A program made the translations under genes and the position numbers. 64,000 nucleotides of DNA from a virus: IMG/VR virus record IMGVR_UViG_3300020450_000010, positions 60,716 to 124,715 of that record, one strand, 5' to 3'. The notes under the pieces were generated by a model. It was given only the letters and a program-made list of their open reading frames with translations, was not told the DNA's origin and did not search any database. Within the stretch, counting starts at the first letter, position 1. Every line of letters begins with the position of its first letter. This document shows, in pieces, positions 10,094-20,299 of the stretch.

Positions 10094-11478
10094 TAAAATG
10101 CACCTCCATTTCTAGGATTGGTATTTCTGTTGGGTTTTTCATATCCACCAGTTTGTGTTGTACTGCTTTTTGGATTATTAGGAGCACTTTCATTACTATT
10201 TTGTATATTAGCTATATCGATATCTTTTCCTGCTAAATTAAGATCACTGCTAGCGGCACTTGCAATTTTTGTTTGCTGTTCTGTGTGTCCGCCCCAAGGT
10301 TCAGCTTCTGGAACTCTACCTGTAATACTTTGTTTTACAGTTCTATTCACACTTATGTTGTTATTTGTAGTTTTTGTTGCTTCTGATGCTGGCGGTCCAT
10401 TCAAATCAATTAAGGCGGCAGTAGTTCTACTGTTGCCAACAGCTTTTAGATGTAAATTTAAATCTGTTGTAAGTTTTATATCTTTGTTACTGTGCAAGTT
10501 TACTTCACCTGTTGCTGTTTCCATTTTTATTCCATCACTGCCTCTTGCTTTTATATTAATTGAATCAGCATCTAGTGCAAAATCGCCACCAACATGAAAA
10601 TTTAAATCGTTTTCTGTGTGCATACTGATATCACCGCTACTGTAAATGTCTATTTTACCATCAGCACTGAGCTGAACCCAACTGTTACCTGCTTGATTGA
10701 TTACATATACTATACCTGCTGTATCATTGAACAGCATTTGAGCACCACCAGCACTGCGTAATCTAACAAGATTACTGTCACCTGCTTGCCTATCTGTATC
10801 AGGACTATTACTAAACTCACTTGGCTTTACTGTACCATCATCCATTACAAAACTATGTCCTGTCGGTGTATTGAAGCCAAATACATTACTAGGAGATTCT
10901 CTTCTAGCACTACTACTGCTTAGTCCCCTTACACTATCGAGTCCTAAACCTTGTTTTCCCAATGCACCAGCAAGAGGATGTCTAGGTCTTGCATTCTTAT
11001 CCTGTGTTTTTTGCACTCCAGCATCAAATGTAGGACCAGCAGAGTTTGGTTCACCATCAACAAAACTAACTGCATTGTCAGGATAACTGCTATTTCTTGT
11101 TGCATCAGGCAACACACCTATTACTATGCCTTCTTGGTCTTGTCCTGTAAATGCAACCAATACTTCTGTGCCAGGAGCAGGTGGTTGACTGCTCATGCCA
11201 AAACTTCTAGTGTGATCGCTAGCTTGATAAGAACCACCAAAAGGTTGTGCTCGTCTTACTCTAGTAAATTTTTGTTTTTCTTCCTTGCTGTCGACTTTGC
11301 CTAATCTACCGCCACCGATTATATCTACATACATGTAACCTTCGTATCTATCATCTACTACATCAACTACTTTAGCAAGTTTTACACCTTTGTATGGATT
11401 TAAACCAGCAATAGGTTCATCTGTAAATGCTTTAGGTGCTCGTGTGGTAAATCTCTGTTTGTTTAAGTTATCCGTCAT
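10093..11478 (-). CDS. gp5: Baseplate central spike protein, gp5/VgrG-like
   Basis: Contains an OB-fold-like SFGMSSQPPAPGTEVLVAF...IGVLP, then GHSFVMDDG, LVRLRSAGGAQMLFND and beta-helix-type repeats (GKIDIYSSGDISMHTENDLNFHVGGDF). The start is moved to ATG 11478 (MTDNLNKQ), which overlaps the upstream stop (ATGA). Confidence 0.75.
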   Translation of the reverse strand: MTDNLNKQRFTTRAPKAFTDEPIAGLNPYKGVKLAKVVDVVDDRYEGYMYVDIIGGGRLGKVDSKEEKQKFTRVRRAQPFGGSYQASDHTRSFGMSSQPPAPGTEVLVAFTGQDQEGIVIGVLPDATRNSSYPDNAVSFVDGEPNSAGPTFDAGVQKTQDKNARPRHPLAGALGKQGLGLDSVRGLSSSSARRESPSNVFGFNTPTGHSFVMDDGTVKPSEFSNSPDTDRQAGDSNLVRLRSAGGAQMLFNDTAGIVYVINQAGNSWVQLSADGKIDIYSSGDISMHTENDLNFHVGGDFALDADSINIKARGSDGIKMETATGEVNLHSNKDIKLTTDLNLHLKAVGNSRTTAALIDLNGPPASEATKTTNNNISVNRTVKQSITGRVPEAEPWGGHTEQQTKIASAASSDLNLAGKDIDIANIQNSNESAPNNPKSSTTQTGGYEKPNRNTNPRNGGAF

Positions 11479-14228
11479 CCTAGTTTTTTCCCAAATGTTT
11501 GTAACCACTGCGGAGCTGTTACACGTTTTTTTGCATATCCTCCCCAGACAGCTACAGTTCCTTGTCCATACTTAGCCGCATTATCTAAATGGAAAACATT
11601 GTTGCCCATATAGCCATTACCTGCTCCAAATCCTGTTACACCTTGTTTTCTAGCTGATTCAAAAACTGATTGTATAAAAGGTAAATCTTCTGCTCTATCA
11701 CTGCGTAATCTTCTTCTGTTTGATCCAGTCCCAACATACAACGCAACATCTGCCGCATGTCCATTATCATGTCTTCTGCTTGCGCCACCCGGTCTACCAG
11801 TTGTATCATCTTGTCCACCACTGCGTACTTGTATGTCTACTCCTGTCTCAGCCGCTACATTTGTCAACATTTGTGATAAGTCTGAAGCAACTGCTAGCTT
11901 TCTGACACCTGCAATAGTTGATTGATCTTCTGTGTATGTACCAGATGCACCTCCGTTTAATCCATCTACAGGACCTAGATCAGATTGATCGCCAGTTGAT
12001 TCTTCTATCACTGGTTCGTTGTTTTCACCATCGCCATTGTCAACTTTTTCATCTTGCTGTTTAAATTCTTCTGCTTGACTTTTAATTGTATTATCAGCAA
12101 CACGACCGCTCATTAGTTCATCTATAGTAAATCCTACATTGGTGTTTACATCTCTAAATGATTGTAGTGTCATTGTAAATTGACCATCACTGTAGGTTGC
12201 ATCTACTCTTGTTACTCTGTACATACCAATAATGCCAAAGTTTTGTTCAGCAACGTCCATCAATCCTGATTCTTGATCAGGATAAGTTGGAAAATTCATA
12301 TTTAAAAAGTAATGAACTCCACCAGTTGCATAGTTTGCTCCTTCAGTACTTGTTCTCATACCTTTAGGTGCGCCTAGCCAATAAGGATCTCCTCTGACAG
12401 AAATCATTTGCTGTACTAAATCAGCCATTGAATTTAAATTTATTTCAACAGCACCTAACATAAAAGCACCTTGATTTTTACTGTCTGGTGTTGCATCTCC
12501 TGTAGCTTTAGATTTAATTTGATTGTCATCAAATGTCAAAGGTAAAACTTTATCTGTTTCTTCAGGTTGTGCGCCTCCGAGTAATTCACTCTGTGTAATG
12601 TAGCGTTTAGATACCGGAGCAAGTTCTCTTGCTGTACCTTGTGGTAAATTTTTATATTCTTCTTTCCAAAGTCTATCTGTTTCAACTTTCTTTTCTGCCA
12701 AGCGTTTAATTTCTAATTTATTTCTCGTAATACTATTTTCTAAATCTGCAAATCTTCCTTCGTTGAATCCTGATGCTATTTCTTGTTCTGTTCTAGTACC
12801 TCTTAGTTTCTCTAGTTCATTTTGTTTATTACTAACTTCACTTTTTAATTTGTTTATATCATTGGCTAAATTAATTGATTGTCCTCGTAGTATGTTAAGT
12901 TCTTCAGTAGGGCCACCTTCTGGAGATACATTTTGAATTCTAGACGTCATATAACCGTGATTTAATGCCTGCAACTGAAAGTAAGTATTCTGTAAACTAA
13001 CATCTAGGCTTAGGACTTCTGTGTTTAAACCTGTGTAAGTATAATCAAATCTTTTTGCTAGTAACCCTTTTTTAAATATTTCACCAATACGTCGTTTCTG
13101 CAAACTAGGATCTTTTAAAACCTGATCATAACTTAAAGGATCGTGTATTAATTCGGATACTACATGCGATTTGATTTTGTATGTCATTTCTTTTTGATAT
13201 CGTTTTTGTAAGTAGTCATACTTTAGATATTTTGTTTCTGTACGAAAAACATACCACTTGCTTAAATCTGCAAATGTCAATGCTTTAGCTTCACCTTGGT
13301 TTGCGGATTCTTTATGAAATCCTCCTTTTGCAGTTGGAAGTTTTCTCATATTATCTGTGTGCAATAAGGCAACAATAATTGCATCACTTACCGCTGTTCC
13401 TTTTTCAAATGTAAATGAAAGTTTACCAGTGCCTGTGACACTTGTGCCTCCAAGGTCTGTGCTTGTGCCACCTTGGGTACTAGAACCAAAAGCCCAACTC
13501 TTCCATTCTTCGTCGCCGGCGTCAACATCAAACTTATATTCAGTAGGATATGATATAGTCGTACTCTGTGTGACTCTAGACAATTCTTGTTCCATTAATC
13601 TTTCTTGAAATGTTTGAAGAAATTCACCAAAAGTACTTGCACTGAATGTGCCCATGTCTTGTTTTAAATGTAACATTTGAGGTCTAAATGCTTCTTGATG
13701 TGTTTCTATTAGATCAGCTCTATAGGATGTTGCACCGTCTGCATAATCAAATGTTAAACCAGTCATATTACAAACATAGTAAAATGGACCAACCATATCT
13801 TCGTCAACTGTGCCATCAGGATTGTAGCCTATAAATTTTAATTCTAATAGGTAGCATGCATGCAAATGATTTTCTATTCCTAGTCTATTTGCCGCCAGTA
13901 TAATTCTGTTGAAAAATGTTGCTCCGCCAGGTTCTACTAAATTCATAGAAAACATATTGGCTAAGCCACTTCTGTCTCTATTGCCTTTAAATGCTAGTAC
14001 TAAAGATTGATTTACAGTTTGTATATTAATTTCTGCTTCTACACCTGATTCTGCCATTACAACAACTCTGTCAGAATCTGGCTTGGCAACTTCTTCAAAC
14101 CGATGTGCTTGATCTGGATGCACCATCATCATCTTCCACTTGTAGGTGTAAGAGTCGTATCTATTAAGAATGTTATCTTGATAGTAATCAGTAAATTTTA
14201 ACTTATCTCTGTATCCGGGTGGTGGCAT
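11475..14228 (-). CDS. Baseplate hub-like protein (917 aa) with a C-terminal M15-type Zn peptidase domain
   Basis: Lies between gp53-like and gp5-like genes. ISVRGDPYWLG and GMYRVTRVDATYSDGQFTMTL are hub-like. The C-terminus has RSG...RRHDNGHAADV...FHLD (HxxGxAxD...H). Confidence 0.65.
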   Translation of the reverse strand: MPPPGYRDKLKFTDYYQDNILNRYDSYTYKWKMMMVHPDQAHRFEEVAKPDSDRVVVMAESGVEAEINIQTVNQSLVLAFKGNRDRSGLANMFSMNLVEPGGATFFNRIILAANRLGIENHLHACYLLELKFIGYNPDGTVDEDMVGPFYYVCNMTGLTFDYADGATSYRADLIETHQEAFRPQMLHLKQDMGTFSASTFGEFLQTFQERLMEQELSRVTQSTTISYPTEYKFDVDAGDEEWKSWAFGSSTQGGTSTDLGGTSVTGTGKLSFTFEKGTAVSDAIIVALLHTDNMRKLPTAKGGFHKESANQGEAKALTFADLSKWYVFRTETKYLKYDYLQKRYQKEMTYKIKSHVVSELIHDPLSYDQVLKDPSLQKRRIGEIFKKGLLAKRFDYTYTGLNTEVLSLDVSLQNTYFQLQALNHGYMTSRIQNVSPEGGPTEELNILRGQSINLANDINKLKSEVSNKQNELEKLRGTRTEQEIASGFNEGRFADLENSITRNKLEIKRLAEKKVETDRLWKEEYKNLPQGTARELAPVSKRYITQSELLGGAQPEETDKVLPLTFDDNQIKSKATGDATPDSKNQGAFMLGAVEINLNSMADLVQQMISVRGDPYWLGAPKGMRTSTEGANYATGGVHYFLNMNFPTYPDQESGLMDVAEQNFGIIGMYRVTRVDATYSDGQFTMTLQSFRDVNTNVGFTIDELMSGRVADNTIKSQAEEFKQQDEKVDNGDGENNEPVIEESTGDQSDLGPVDGLNGGASGTYTEDQSTIAGVRKLAVASDLSQMLTNVAAETGVDIQVRSGGQDDTTGRPGGASRRHDNGHAADVALYVGTGSNRRRLRSDRAEDLPFIQSVFESARKQGVTGFGAGNGYMGNNVFHLDNAAKYGQGTVAVWGGYAKKRVTAPQWLQTFGKKLG

Positions 14229-14527
14229 TAGTTAACCCCTGATGGCTTGTATTCTTTTGGAGCTTCTATTTCTATCCCTGCTTTGAAATCCATTACAGGA
14301 TCTCGTAACTTATCTCTGTTATAGTGTGTAAACACCCACCAAAGTCTGCTGTTTCCGTACATGTCTTGCGCCAGTAAATCTGGTCGTCTATCATATTTTG
14401 CTTGTAGCGTAAATGAAATAATCCTGTCACTGAGATTGTCAATAGTTATAGTAGGATTGTATAATTCTAAAAACTTTCTATTCACAACTGTATTAGCATA
14501 GTTACTACTATTACGATACTTTAGCAT
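14228..14527 (-). CDS. gp53: Baseplate wedge protein, gp53-like (LysM-like)
   Basis: YDRRPDLLAQDMYGNSRLWWVF motif; 99 aa. Confidence 0.75.
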   Translation of the reverse strand: MLKYRNSSNYANTVVNRKFLELYNPTITIDNLSDRIISFTLQAKYDRRPDLLAQDMYGNSRLWWVFTHYNRDKLRDPVMDFKAGIEIEAPKEYKPSGVN

Positions 14528-15135
14528 TAGATAAATCCTTCTTTGTACATACTACCATTAATAAAACTATGTGTGCTGTAAACATTCTTTTGTCTATCTG
14601 GATTTTGCTGTATACTTAAACCAATAAACATATTCATTATTACAGGAATATTTGTTCCATCTACATCTTTCAAATCTGTCTGACTATCATAGTTAGTGCT
14701 GAAACTTTCAATCACAACAGGAACTAGATTAAATGAGTGTTCACCAAATGCACTAAAAACTAAAACAGGTGGCGGAGTACCAGAACTTGGACTATTTCCT
14801 AAATCTTTGATACCAAAAAACATTTTACTAATACTGCGTAAAAAATGTATACAAGCAAGTGTATATCTGCCTTCTTCTTCGGTGACACTAGCAAACTGTG
14901 CATTCATTTGTATGCTTGGACTAGGTGTATTTCTATATGCATTAAATGTATAATTTGTATGTGCCATATCATAAGGACTGTAATTTACACTTTGACTAAA
15001 TGTAATGTCAGGTTGATAAGGAAACATAATTCCCCTATGAGGTTGTAAAGGTGCTAGTAAAGGATTACCAGTAAGATAAGTTCCAACTGCACCAGGTTTA
15101 AGTTGTAGCTTTGCTCTATTATCTGCATTAATCAT
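14527..15135 (-). CDS. Tail-tube-like baseplate protein (tube initiator type)
   Basis: GIMFPYQPDITF...HTNY...GTPPPVLVFSAFG...VPVVIESFS pattern typical of contractile-system tube/initiator proteins; supported by synteny. Confidence 0.55.
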   Translation of the reverse strand: MINADNRAKLQLKPGAVGTYLTGNPLLAPLQPHRGIMFPYQPDITFSQSVNYSPYDMAHTNYTFNAYRNTPSPSIQMNAQFASVTEEEGRYTLACIHFLRSISKMFFGIKDLGNSPSSGTPPPVLVFSAFGEHSFNLVPVVIESFSTNYDSQTDLKDVDGTNIPVIMNMFIGLSIQQNPDRQKNVYSTHSFINGSMYKEGFI

Positions 15136-15712
15136 TTAGTTTGTCCTGTATAAAAGCATACATTTTTGGATTGACACTGCCAAAAAATTCTCTAAACTTC
15201 ATCATTTTTTGATTGTCATTCAATGATTCTGATTTCATTGCTGTTCTAAAATCAGTAGCACTCATACCACCTTCTTGTATTGGCACTTCATATATGTATG
15301 CTCCTTGGTCGCTAGGCACCATTTCAGCACCTGGTTCATAATCTCTGAGAAACCCACCTCGCTTTAATCTACCAGCATCTTTAGCACTAAAAACTAGCAC
15401 TACTGCTGTGTTGTTAGGGTCTTTACCAGTAATTGTTACGTCTGGTCTATAAGGCTGTGTTTGTACAACTTTGTTATTAGGTATTCCAAACATACTGCTC
15501 ATAATCATTTTCTTTTCATCAAACGTAAATGGATCACGTTCTGGTGTCGCAGTTTTGCTGACTGTGGTAGCGATAAATACATTAGCGGAACCAAACTGTT
15601 CCACTAGATCCATGTAAACTTTATGATGACCTTTATGCATAGGCTGAAACCTTCCACCATAAAATACAGCAATGTCTGTAGCCACATCTTCTGTCAATTG
15701 TGCGTATTTCAT
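15128..15712 (-). CDS. HxGH nucleotidyltransferase (cytidylyltransferase-like)
   Basis: YGGRFQPMHKGH, DPFTFDEK and MSATDFR motifs. Confidence 0.85.
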   Translation of the reverse strand: MKYAQLTEDVATDIAVFYGGRFQPMHKGHHKVYMDLVEQFGSANVFIATTVSKTATPERDPFTFDEKKMIMSSMFGIPNNKVVQTQPYRPDVTITGKDPNNTAVVLVFSAKDAGRLKRGGFLRDYEPGAEMVPSDQGAYIYEVPIQEGGMSATDFRTAMKSESLNDNQKMMKFREFFGSVNPKMYAFIQDKLND

Positions 15713-15730
15713 TACGATCTCCTATAGTTA

Positions 15731-15738
15731 TATTTATA
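15731..15738 (-). promoter_or_regulatory. T4-type late promoter TATAAATA for the baseplate operon
   Basis: Exact TATAAATA on the minus strand, followed by a GGAG RBS (15719-15722) and the ATG at 15712. Confidence 0.75.
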
Positions 15739-15759
15739 GTAGAAATAAATGGGTAGTTA

Positions 15760-15788
15760 TTGACAACTCGCAATATAGAGTATATACT
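15760..15788 (+). promoter_or_regulatory. Sigma70-type early promoter
   Basis: TTGACA-N17-TATACT upstream of the sigma gene. Confidence 0.75.
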
Positions 15789-15810
15789 GATAGAAATCAA
15801 AGGAATAACA

Positions 15811-16689
15811 ATGAGGAAACAAAATTATTTAAACAACAAAGACATGTTAAAAGAGATACACAAAAGCAAATTAAGTTTTTGTAGTGTTGTAGAAGATGAT
15901 TATACAAGATTTGATGTAATTGTTGAGGACATAGCACACGTAAAAAATAAAGAAATAATTCAATTGGCAAAAGAAAATAGAGCGGCTCAATTGAGTAATC
16001 AAGCATATGAAGATGCTTATTGGACATGGCATGGAGATAGTAGTAGGAAAACTAGTCAGAAACCAAAGCAGATTAATTACAAGATAGACCCAGATACAAT
16101 AAATGAACATGACATCATTTTTAGATTAATGACATTCGAACATGTGCCATTGGAACCAGGTAGAAAAAGCAAACCAAAGACAACGGCTGATCATCATGCA
16201 AAATGTAATTTTCCTCCGTTTAAACATTTTGCTTACAAAGATGGCGAGCTTACTGAAGTTGTACGCAGTCATTGGGAAGGTGGTTTTGACAATGGTAAAT
16301 TCAATGTAGGGCATGGTGCAATCAGTAACAATCTTGCTAAAATGTTTATTAAACTGTGTGAAAGATACAGTATGCGTAGCAACTGGCGTGGATACACTTA
16401 TGTAGATGAAATGCGTAGTCATGCATTGTTACAGTTAAGTCAAATAGGATTACAATTTAATGAACTAAAAAGTCAAAATCCATTTGCATATTACACAGCC
16501 GCTGTGACCAACAGTTTCACAAGAGTATTAAATTTAGAGAAACGCAATCAAAACATTAGAGATGACCTTTTACAAGAAGCGGGACAAATGCCTAGCTTTA
16601 CAAGACAAATTGAACACGAAATGGCAGAACGTGCCAAATGGGACGAACAGGCGGACAAAGAACGCAAAGAACATGGATTTAACATATGA
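15811..16689 (+). CDS. gp55: Late-transcription sigma factor, gp55-like
   Basis: YLNNKDMLKEI...LCERYSMRSNWRGYTYVDEM...FNELKSQNPFAYYTAAVTNSFTRVLNLEK. It lies upstream of gp47/gp46 as in T4. The start is taken at ATG 15811 after AAGGA. Confidence 0.8.
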   Translation: MRKQNYLNNKDMLKEIHKSKLSFCSVVEDDYTRFDVIVEDIAHVKNKEIIQLAKENRAAQLSNQAYEDAYWTWHGDSSRKTSQKPKQINYKIDPDTINEHDIIFRLMTFEHVPLEPGRKSKPKTTADHHAKCNFPPFKHFAYKDGELTEVVRSHWEGGFDNGKFNVGHGAISNNLAKMFIKLCERYSMRSNWRGYTYVDEMRSHALLQLSQIGLQFNELKSQNPFAYYTAAVTNSFTRVLNLEKRNQNIRDDLLQEAGQMPSFTRQIEHEMAERAKWDEQADKERKEHGFNI

Positions 16690-17468
16690 TACCAGAATAT
16701 ATTAGTAAAGAAGAACATACTACAAAATATCTTGTACAAGAATACTTAGATAACAGGACACGAGAATTTCCTAGTCAGATGAAGGAAAACTTTTTGAATC
16801 AAGAGGAAATAGATATAATAAACTACTATTGGCTCCATCCAAAAAGAACTCACTTCCTTGATACAAGTATGGTACCTATACAACAACGTATTTTAGATGA
16901 TCCAACCATTGATAGAACTGCCGAATATAATGTATTTTCAGATTTATATACTAATCCTTGGTGGACAGGGCTAAAAGAAATGCTGTATCCAAAAGTACGT
17001 AAATGGTTAGGACAAGATATTTGGATACCTCATTGTCATGTGTTAGACAGTAGATATCCATATGGAATTCATACTGATGCACAACAAGCAGGTTTTAACA
17101 ATGCACAACACCCAGCATGGACTATCATTGTTCCTTTGGAAGATTACAATAGTAAAACTTATGTATTCAATGAACCAAGTGTATACAAACAGCCAGACGA
17201 ACATGTTGAAAATTCTTCTAACTTAGATTGGACAGAAATTGAAAAGCAAGATATGTGTGTTAGTGAAGATATATTTGTTAAAGATTTTGAAGCACTTGGA
17301 ACGCAAAGAAGATGGTTGAAACTGCTTACAATCGACGGAACATTTCCTTGGAAAGCTGGTAGAGCAATATGCAGTGATAGATATAAACTGCATGGTTCTG
17401 ACAACTATTATAATTATGGTATTACCAATAAACGTGCATTAATAATGTGGACCACACATTCAGGTTGA
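16686..17468 (+). CDS. Putative 2OG-Fe(II) oxygenase-fold protein
   Basis: YGIHTD (HxD), WTIIVPL, KLHGS (distal His) and a C-terminal KRALIMW (Arg for 2OG). Confidence 0.6.
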   Translation: MIPEYISKEEHTTKYLVQEYLDNRTREFPSQMKENFLNQEEIDIINYYWLHPKRTHFLDTSMVPIQQRILDDPTIDRTAEYNVFSDLYTNPWWTGLKEMLYPKVRKWLGQDIWIPHCHVLDSRYPYGIHTDAQQAGFNNAQHPAWTIIVPLEDYNSKTYVFNEPSVYKQPDEHVENSSNLDWTEIEKQDMCVSEDIFVKDFEALGTQRRWLKLLTIDGTFPWKAGRAICSDRYKLHGSDNYYNYGITNKRALIMWTTHSG

Positions 17469-17493
17469 CATCACCCACATCAGAAGCTACAAT
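17465..17493 (+). promoter_or_regulatory. Sigma70-type promoter upstream of gp47
   Basis: TTGACA-N17-TACAAT. Confidence 0.7.
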
Positions 17494-17525
17494 GATAAGA
17501 CTATAACTTCTATGAACGGAAAGTC

Positions 17526-18533
17526 ATGACATTTTTTAAACAAGCCGCTTGTTTTACAGATATTCACTTTGGCAATAAAAACAACAGCAAACAACACAAT
17601 AGAGATTGTAGTGAGTTTGTGGATTGGTTTATTGAACAAAGCAAAGACTGTGAAACTTGTATATTCTTAGGCGATTGGCATCATCATAGAGCTAGTGTTA
17701 ACGTGAGCACACTGAATCACAGTGTAGAAAATGTAGGCAAACTCAGTCGTGCATTTGAACATGTGTACATGATTATGGGAAATCATGATTTATACTACAG
17801 AGAAAAACGTGATCTAAACAGTTTACCTTATGCAGGTCTATTTGAAAATGTAACACTAGTAGAAGATGCACTTGTAAAAGATGATGTTGCACTTATTCCT
17901 TGGCTAGTAGGAGACGAGTGGAAAACCTTACAGAAAACAAAATGTAGATATATGTTTGGACACTTCGAACTTCCTTACTTTAAAATGAATGCAATGGTGG
18001 AGATGCCAGACCATGGCGGTATAAATGCAGAACACCTACAAGGTCCTGAATATGTGTTCACTGGACACTTTCACAAAAGACAAAATAAAGGCAATGTACA
18101 CTATTTGGGTTCACCGTTTGGTCACAACTATGCTGACACATGGGACGACGATAGAGGTATGATGAAACTCGCTTGGGGAGGCACACCTGAGTATATTGAC
18201 TTTGGTGGACCTAGATACAGAACTGTGCCTTTAAGCAGACTAATTGATCAACCCGACTCTGTATTAAATGACAAGACATACTGTCGAGCAACACTAGATA
18301 TTGCTATCAGTTATGAAGAAGCTAGCTTTATAAAAGAAACATTTAGCCAACAGTACAATGCTAGGGAAATAGCACTTATACCAAGTAAAAAAGAAGAACA
18401 TGCACAAGACTGGAAAGTAGTTGATGACATTGAGGTTGAGAATGTTGATCAGATAGTGTATAATAGTTTGAACGCTGTAGACAGCGATATGATTGATAAA
18501 AAAATTCTAGTGGACATATATAACTCCTTATGA
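17526..18533 (+). CDS. gp47: Recombination endonuclease subunit, Mre11/SbcD-like
   Basis: Metallophosphoesterase motifs TDIHFG, LGDW, GNHD, FGHFE, TGHFH. Confidence 0.92.
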   Translation: MTFFKQAACFTDIHFGNKNNSKQHNRDCSEFVDWFIEQSKDCETCIFLGDWHHHRASVNVSTLNHSVENVGKLSRAFEHVYMIMGNHDLYYREKRDLNSLPYAGLFENVTLVEDALVKDDVALIPWLVGDEWKTLQKTKCRYMFGHFELPYFKMNAMVEMPDHGGINAEHLQGPEYVFTGHFHKRQNKGNVHYLGSPFGHNYADTWDDDRGMMKLAWGGTPEYIDFGGPRYRTVPLSRLIDQPDSVLNDKTYCRATLDIAISYEEASFIKETFSQQYNAREIALIPSKKEEHAQDWKVVDDIEVENVDQIVYNSLNAVDSDMIDKKILVDIYNSL

Positions 18534-20299
18534 TTACATTAAAAGATATAACAATTAAAAATTTTATGAGTGTAGGAAACGTAACACAAGCTGTACGTTT
18601 TACTGACAACGGACTTACACTTGTACTAGGTAATAATTTAGACTTAGGCGGAGACGGTAGTAGAAACGGTACAGGTAAAACTACCATAATTAATGCACTA
18701 AGTTATGCTATATTTGGCAACGCACTTACAAACATACGTAAGGATAATCTTGTAAACAAAACAAATAGTAAACAAATGCTGGTTACTTTGGATTTTGAAG
18801 TAGAAGGAACAAAATATAGGATTGAAAGAGGTAGAAAGCCAAATGTGCTTAAATACTATGTCAACGATCAAAACGTTGATGAAGACGAAGCACAAGGTGA
18901 AAATCGTCAGACTCAAGCACAAATAGAAAAACTGTTTGGTATGAGTCACGACATGTTTAAACACATTGTTGCACTAAACACATACACCGAACCTTTTCTC
19001 AGCATGAGGTCAAATGACCAACGTGCGATAATTGAACAACTATTAGGCATAACTATGCTCAGTGAGAAAGCAGAGGTTCTCAAAGAACAACAAAGGTTGA
19101 CTAGAGATGCAATCAAAGAAGAAGAATATAGAATTAAAGCTATTGAAGAAGCAAATTCCAGAATTGAAAAAAGTATTAGTGATTTGGAAAGAAGGCAGAA
19201 GATCTGGCGAGATAAACAGACGGCTGATGTCGAAAGTATCAAACAACAAATAAACACACTGGAAAAAATTGATATCAAAACTGAACTGAATAATCATGCA
19301 TTACTAAACGATTATTTGGAAAAAAAGAATCTGCGAGATCAAGCTGAAAAGTGGAAGTCAAGTATAGAAGCTGACAATAGAAAACAAGACACACTTATAA
19401 ACAAACTAGAACAAGAAGTTTTATCTTTAAAAGAACACAAATGTCATACTTGTGGACAAGATATACACGATGAAAAACAAGTAACTATTTTGCGTGATAA
19501 AGAAGAACAACTCGGTGATGCACGTAATACAGTTATGACAAACACAGAACAACAAACAGAATGGCAACAAGCAATTGACGAATTAGGAGAGCTTGGTCAA
19601 ATGCCAGTTACACATTACAATACACTACAAGAAGCATTAGAACACCAAAATACTCTCAACAATCTTAACACTGAAGTTAGCAGAACCGAAGGAGAAAATG
19701 ATACATATCAAGAACAAATAGACACACTCAGAGATACCGGCATGCAAGAAGTAGAATGGGATAATATGAATGATCTAAATGTTCTAAAGGATCATCAAGA
19801 CTTTTTGTACAAACTGCTAACAAACAAAGACAGCTTTATTAGAAAACGTATCATTGAACAAAACCTACAATATTTAAACAGTAGACTGGCGTACTATTTG
19901 ACTAAACTAGGATTACCACACGAAGTACAATTCCAGCCTGATCTAACAGTTGAAATTACAGAACTAGGCAGAGATTTGGACTTTGACAATCTAAGCAGAG
20001 GCGAACGCAATAGACTGATACTAGGACTAAGTTGGGCTTTTAGAGATGTATTTGAAAGTATGAACACACCAATTAACTTTTTAGCTATTGACGAACTTAT
20101 TGATAGTGGTATGGATACAAACGGTGTTGACAGTGCATTAAGTGTACTTAAAAAAATTGAACGTGAACGTAACAAAAACATATTTTTAATCTCACACAGA
20201 GATGAACTTGTAGGTCGTGTAAACACAATACTACAAGTAATAAAAGAAGGTGGCTTTACTATGTTCAGTAATGATACGGAATTTGTAGATGCGAAGTAG
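18530..20299 (+). CDS. gp46: Recombination ATPase subunit, Rad50/SbcC-like
   Basis: KNFMSVG, Walker A NGTGKTT, coiled coil with CHTCG zinc hook, LSRGE signature, Walker B FLAIDE. Confidence 0.93.
   Translation: MITLKDITIKNFMSVGNVTQAVRFTDNGLTLVLGNNLDLGGDGSRNGTGKTTIINALSYAIFGNALTNIRKDNLVNKTNSKQMLVTLDFEVEGTKYRIERGRKPNVLKYYVNDQNVDEDEAQGENRQTQAQIEKLFGMSHDMFKHIVALNTYTEPFLSMRSNDQRAIIEQLLGITMLSEKAEVLKEQQRLTRDAIKEEEYRIKAIEEANSRIEKSISDLERRQKIWRDKQTADVESIKQQINTLEKIDIKTELNNHALLNDYLEKKNLRDQAEKWKSSIEADNRKQDTLINKLEQEVLSLKEHKCHTCGQDIHDEKQVTILRDKEEQLGDARNTVMTNTEQQTEWQQAIDELGELGQMPVTHYNTLQEALEHQNTLNNLNTEVSRTEGENDTYQEQIDTLRDTGMQEVEWDNMNDLNVLKDHQDFLYKLLTNKDSFIRKRIIEQNLQYLNSRLAYYLTKLGLPHEVQFQPDLTVEITELGRDLDFDNLSRGERNRLILGLSWAFRDVFESMNTPINFLAIDELIDSGMDTNGVDSALSVLKKIERERNKNIFLISHRDELVGRVNTILQVIKEGGFTMFSNDTEFVDAK

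Noticed and set aside
348-14953. Numerous short + strand ORFs over the baseplate operon (and equivalent - strand ORFs over 31-64 kb)
   Set aside because: Antisense shadows of long genes with recognisable motifs.
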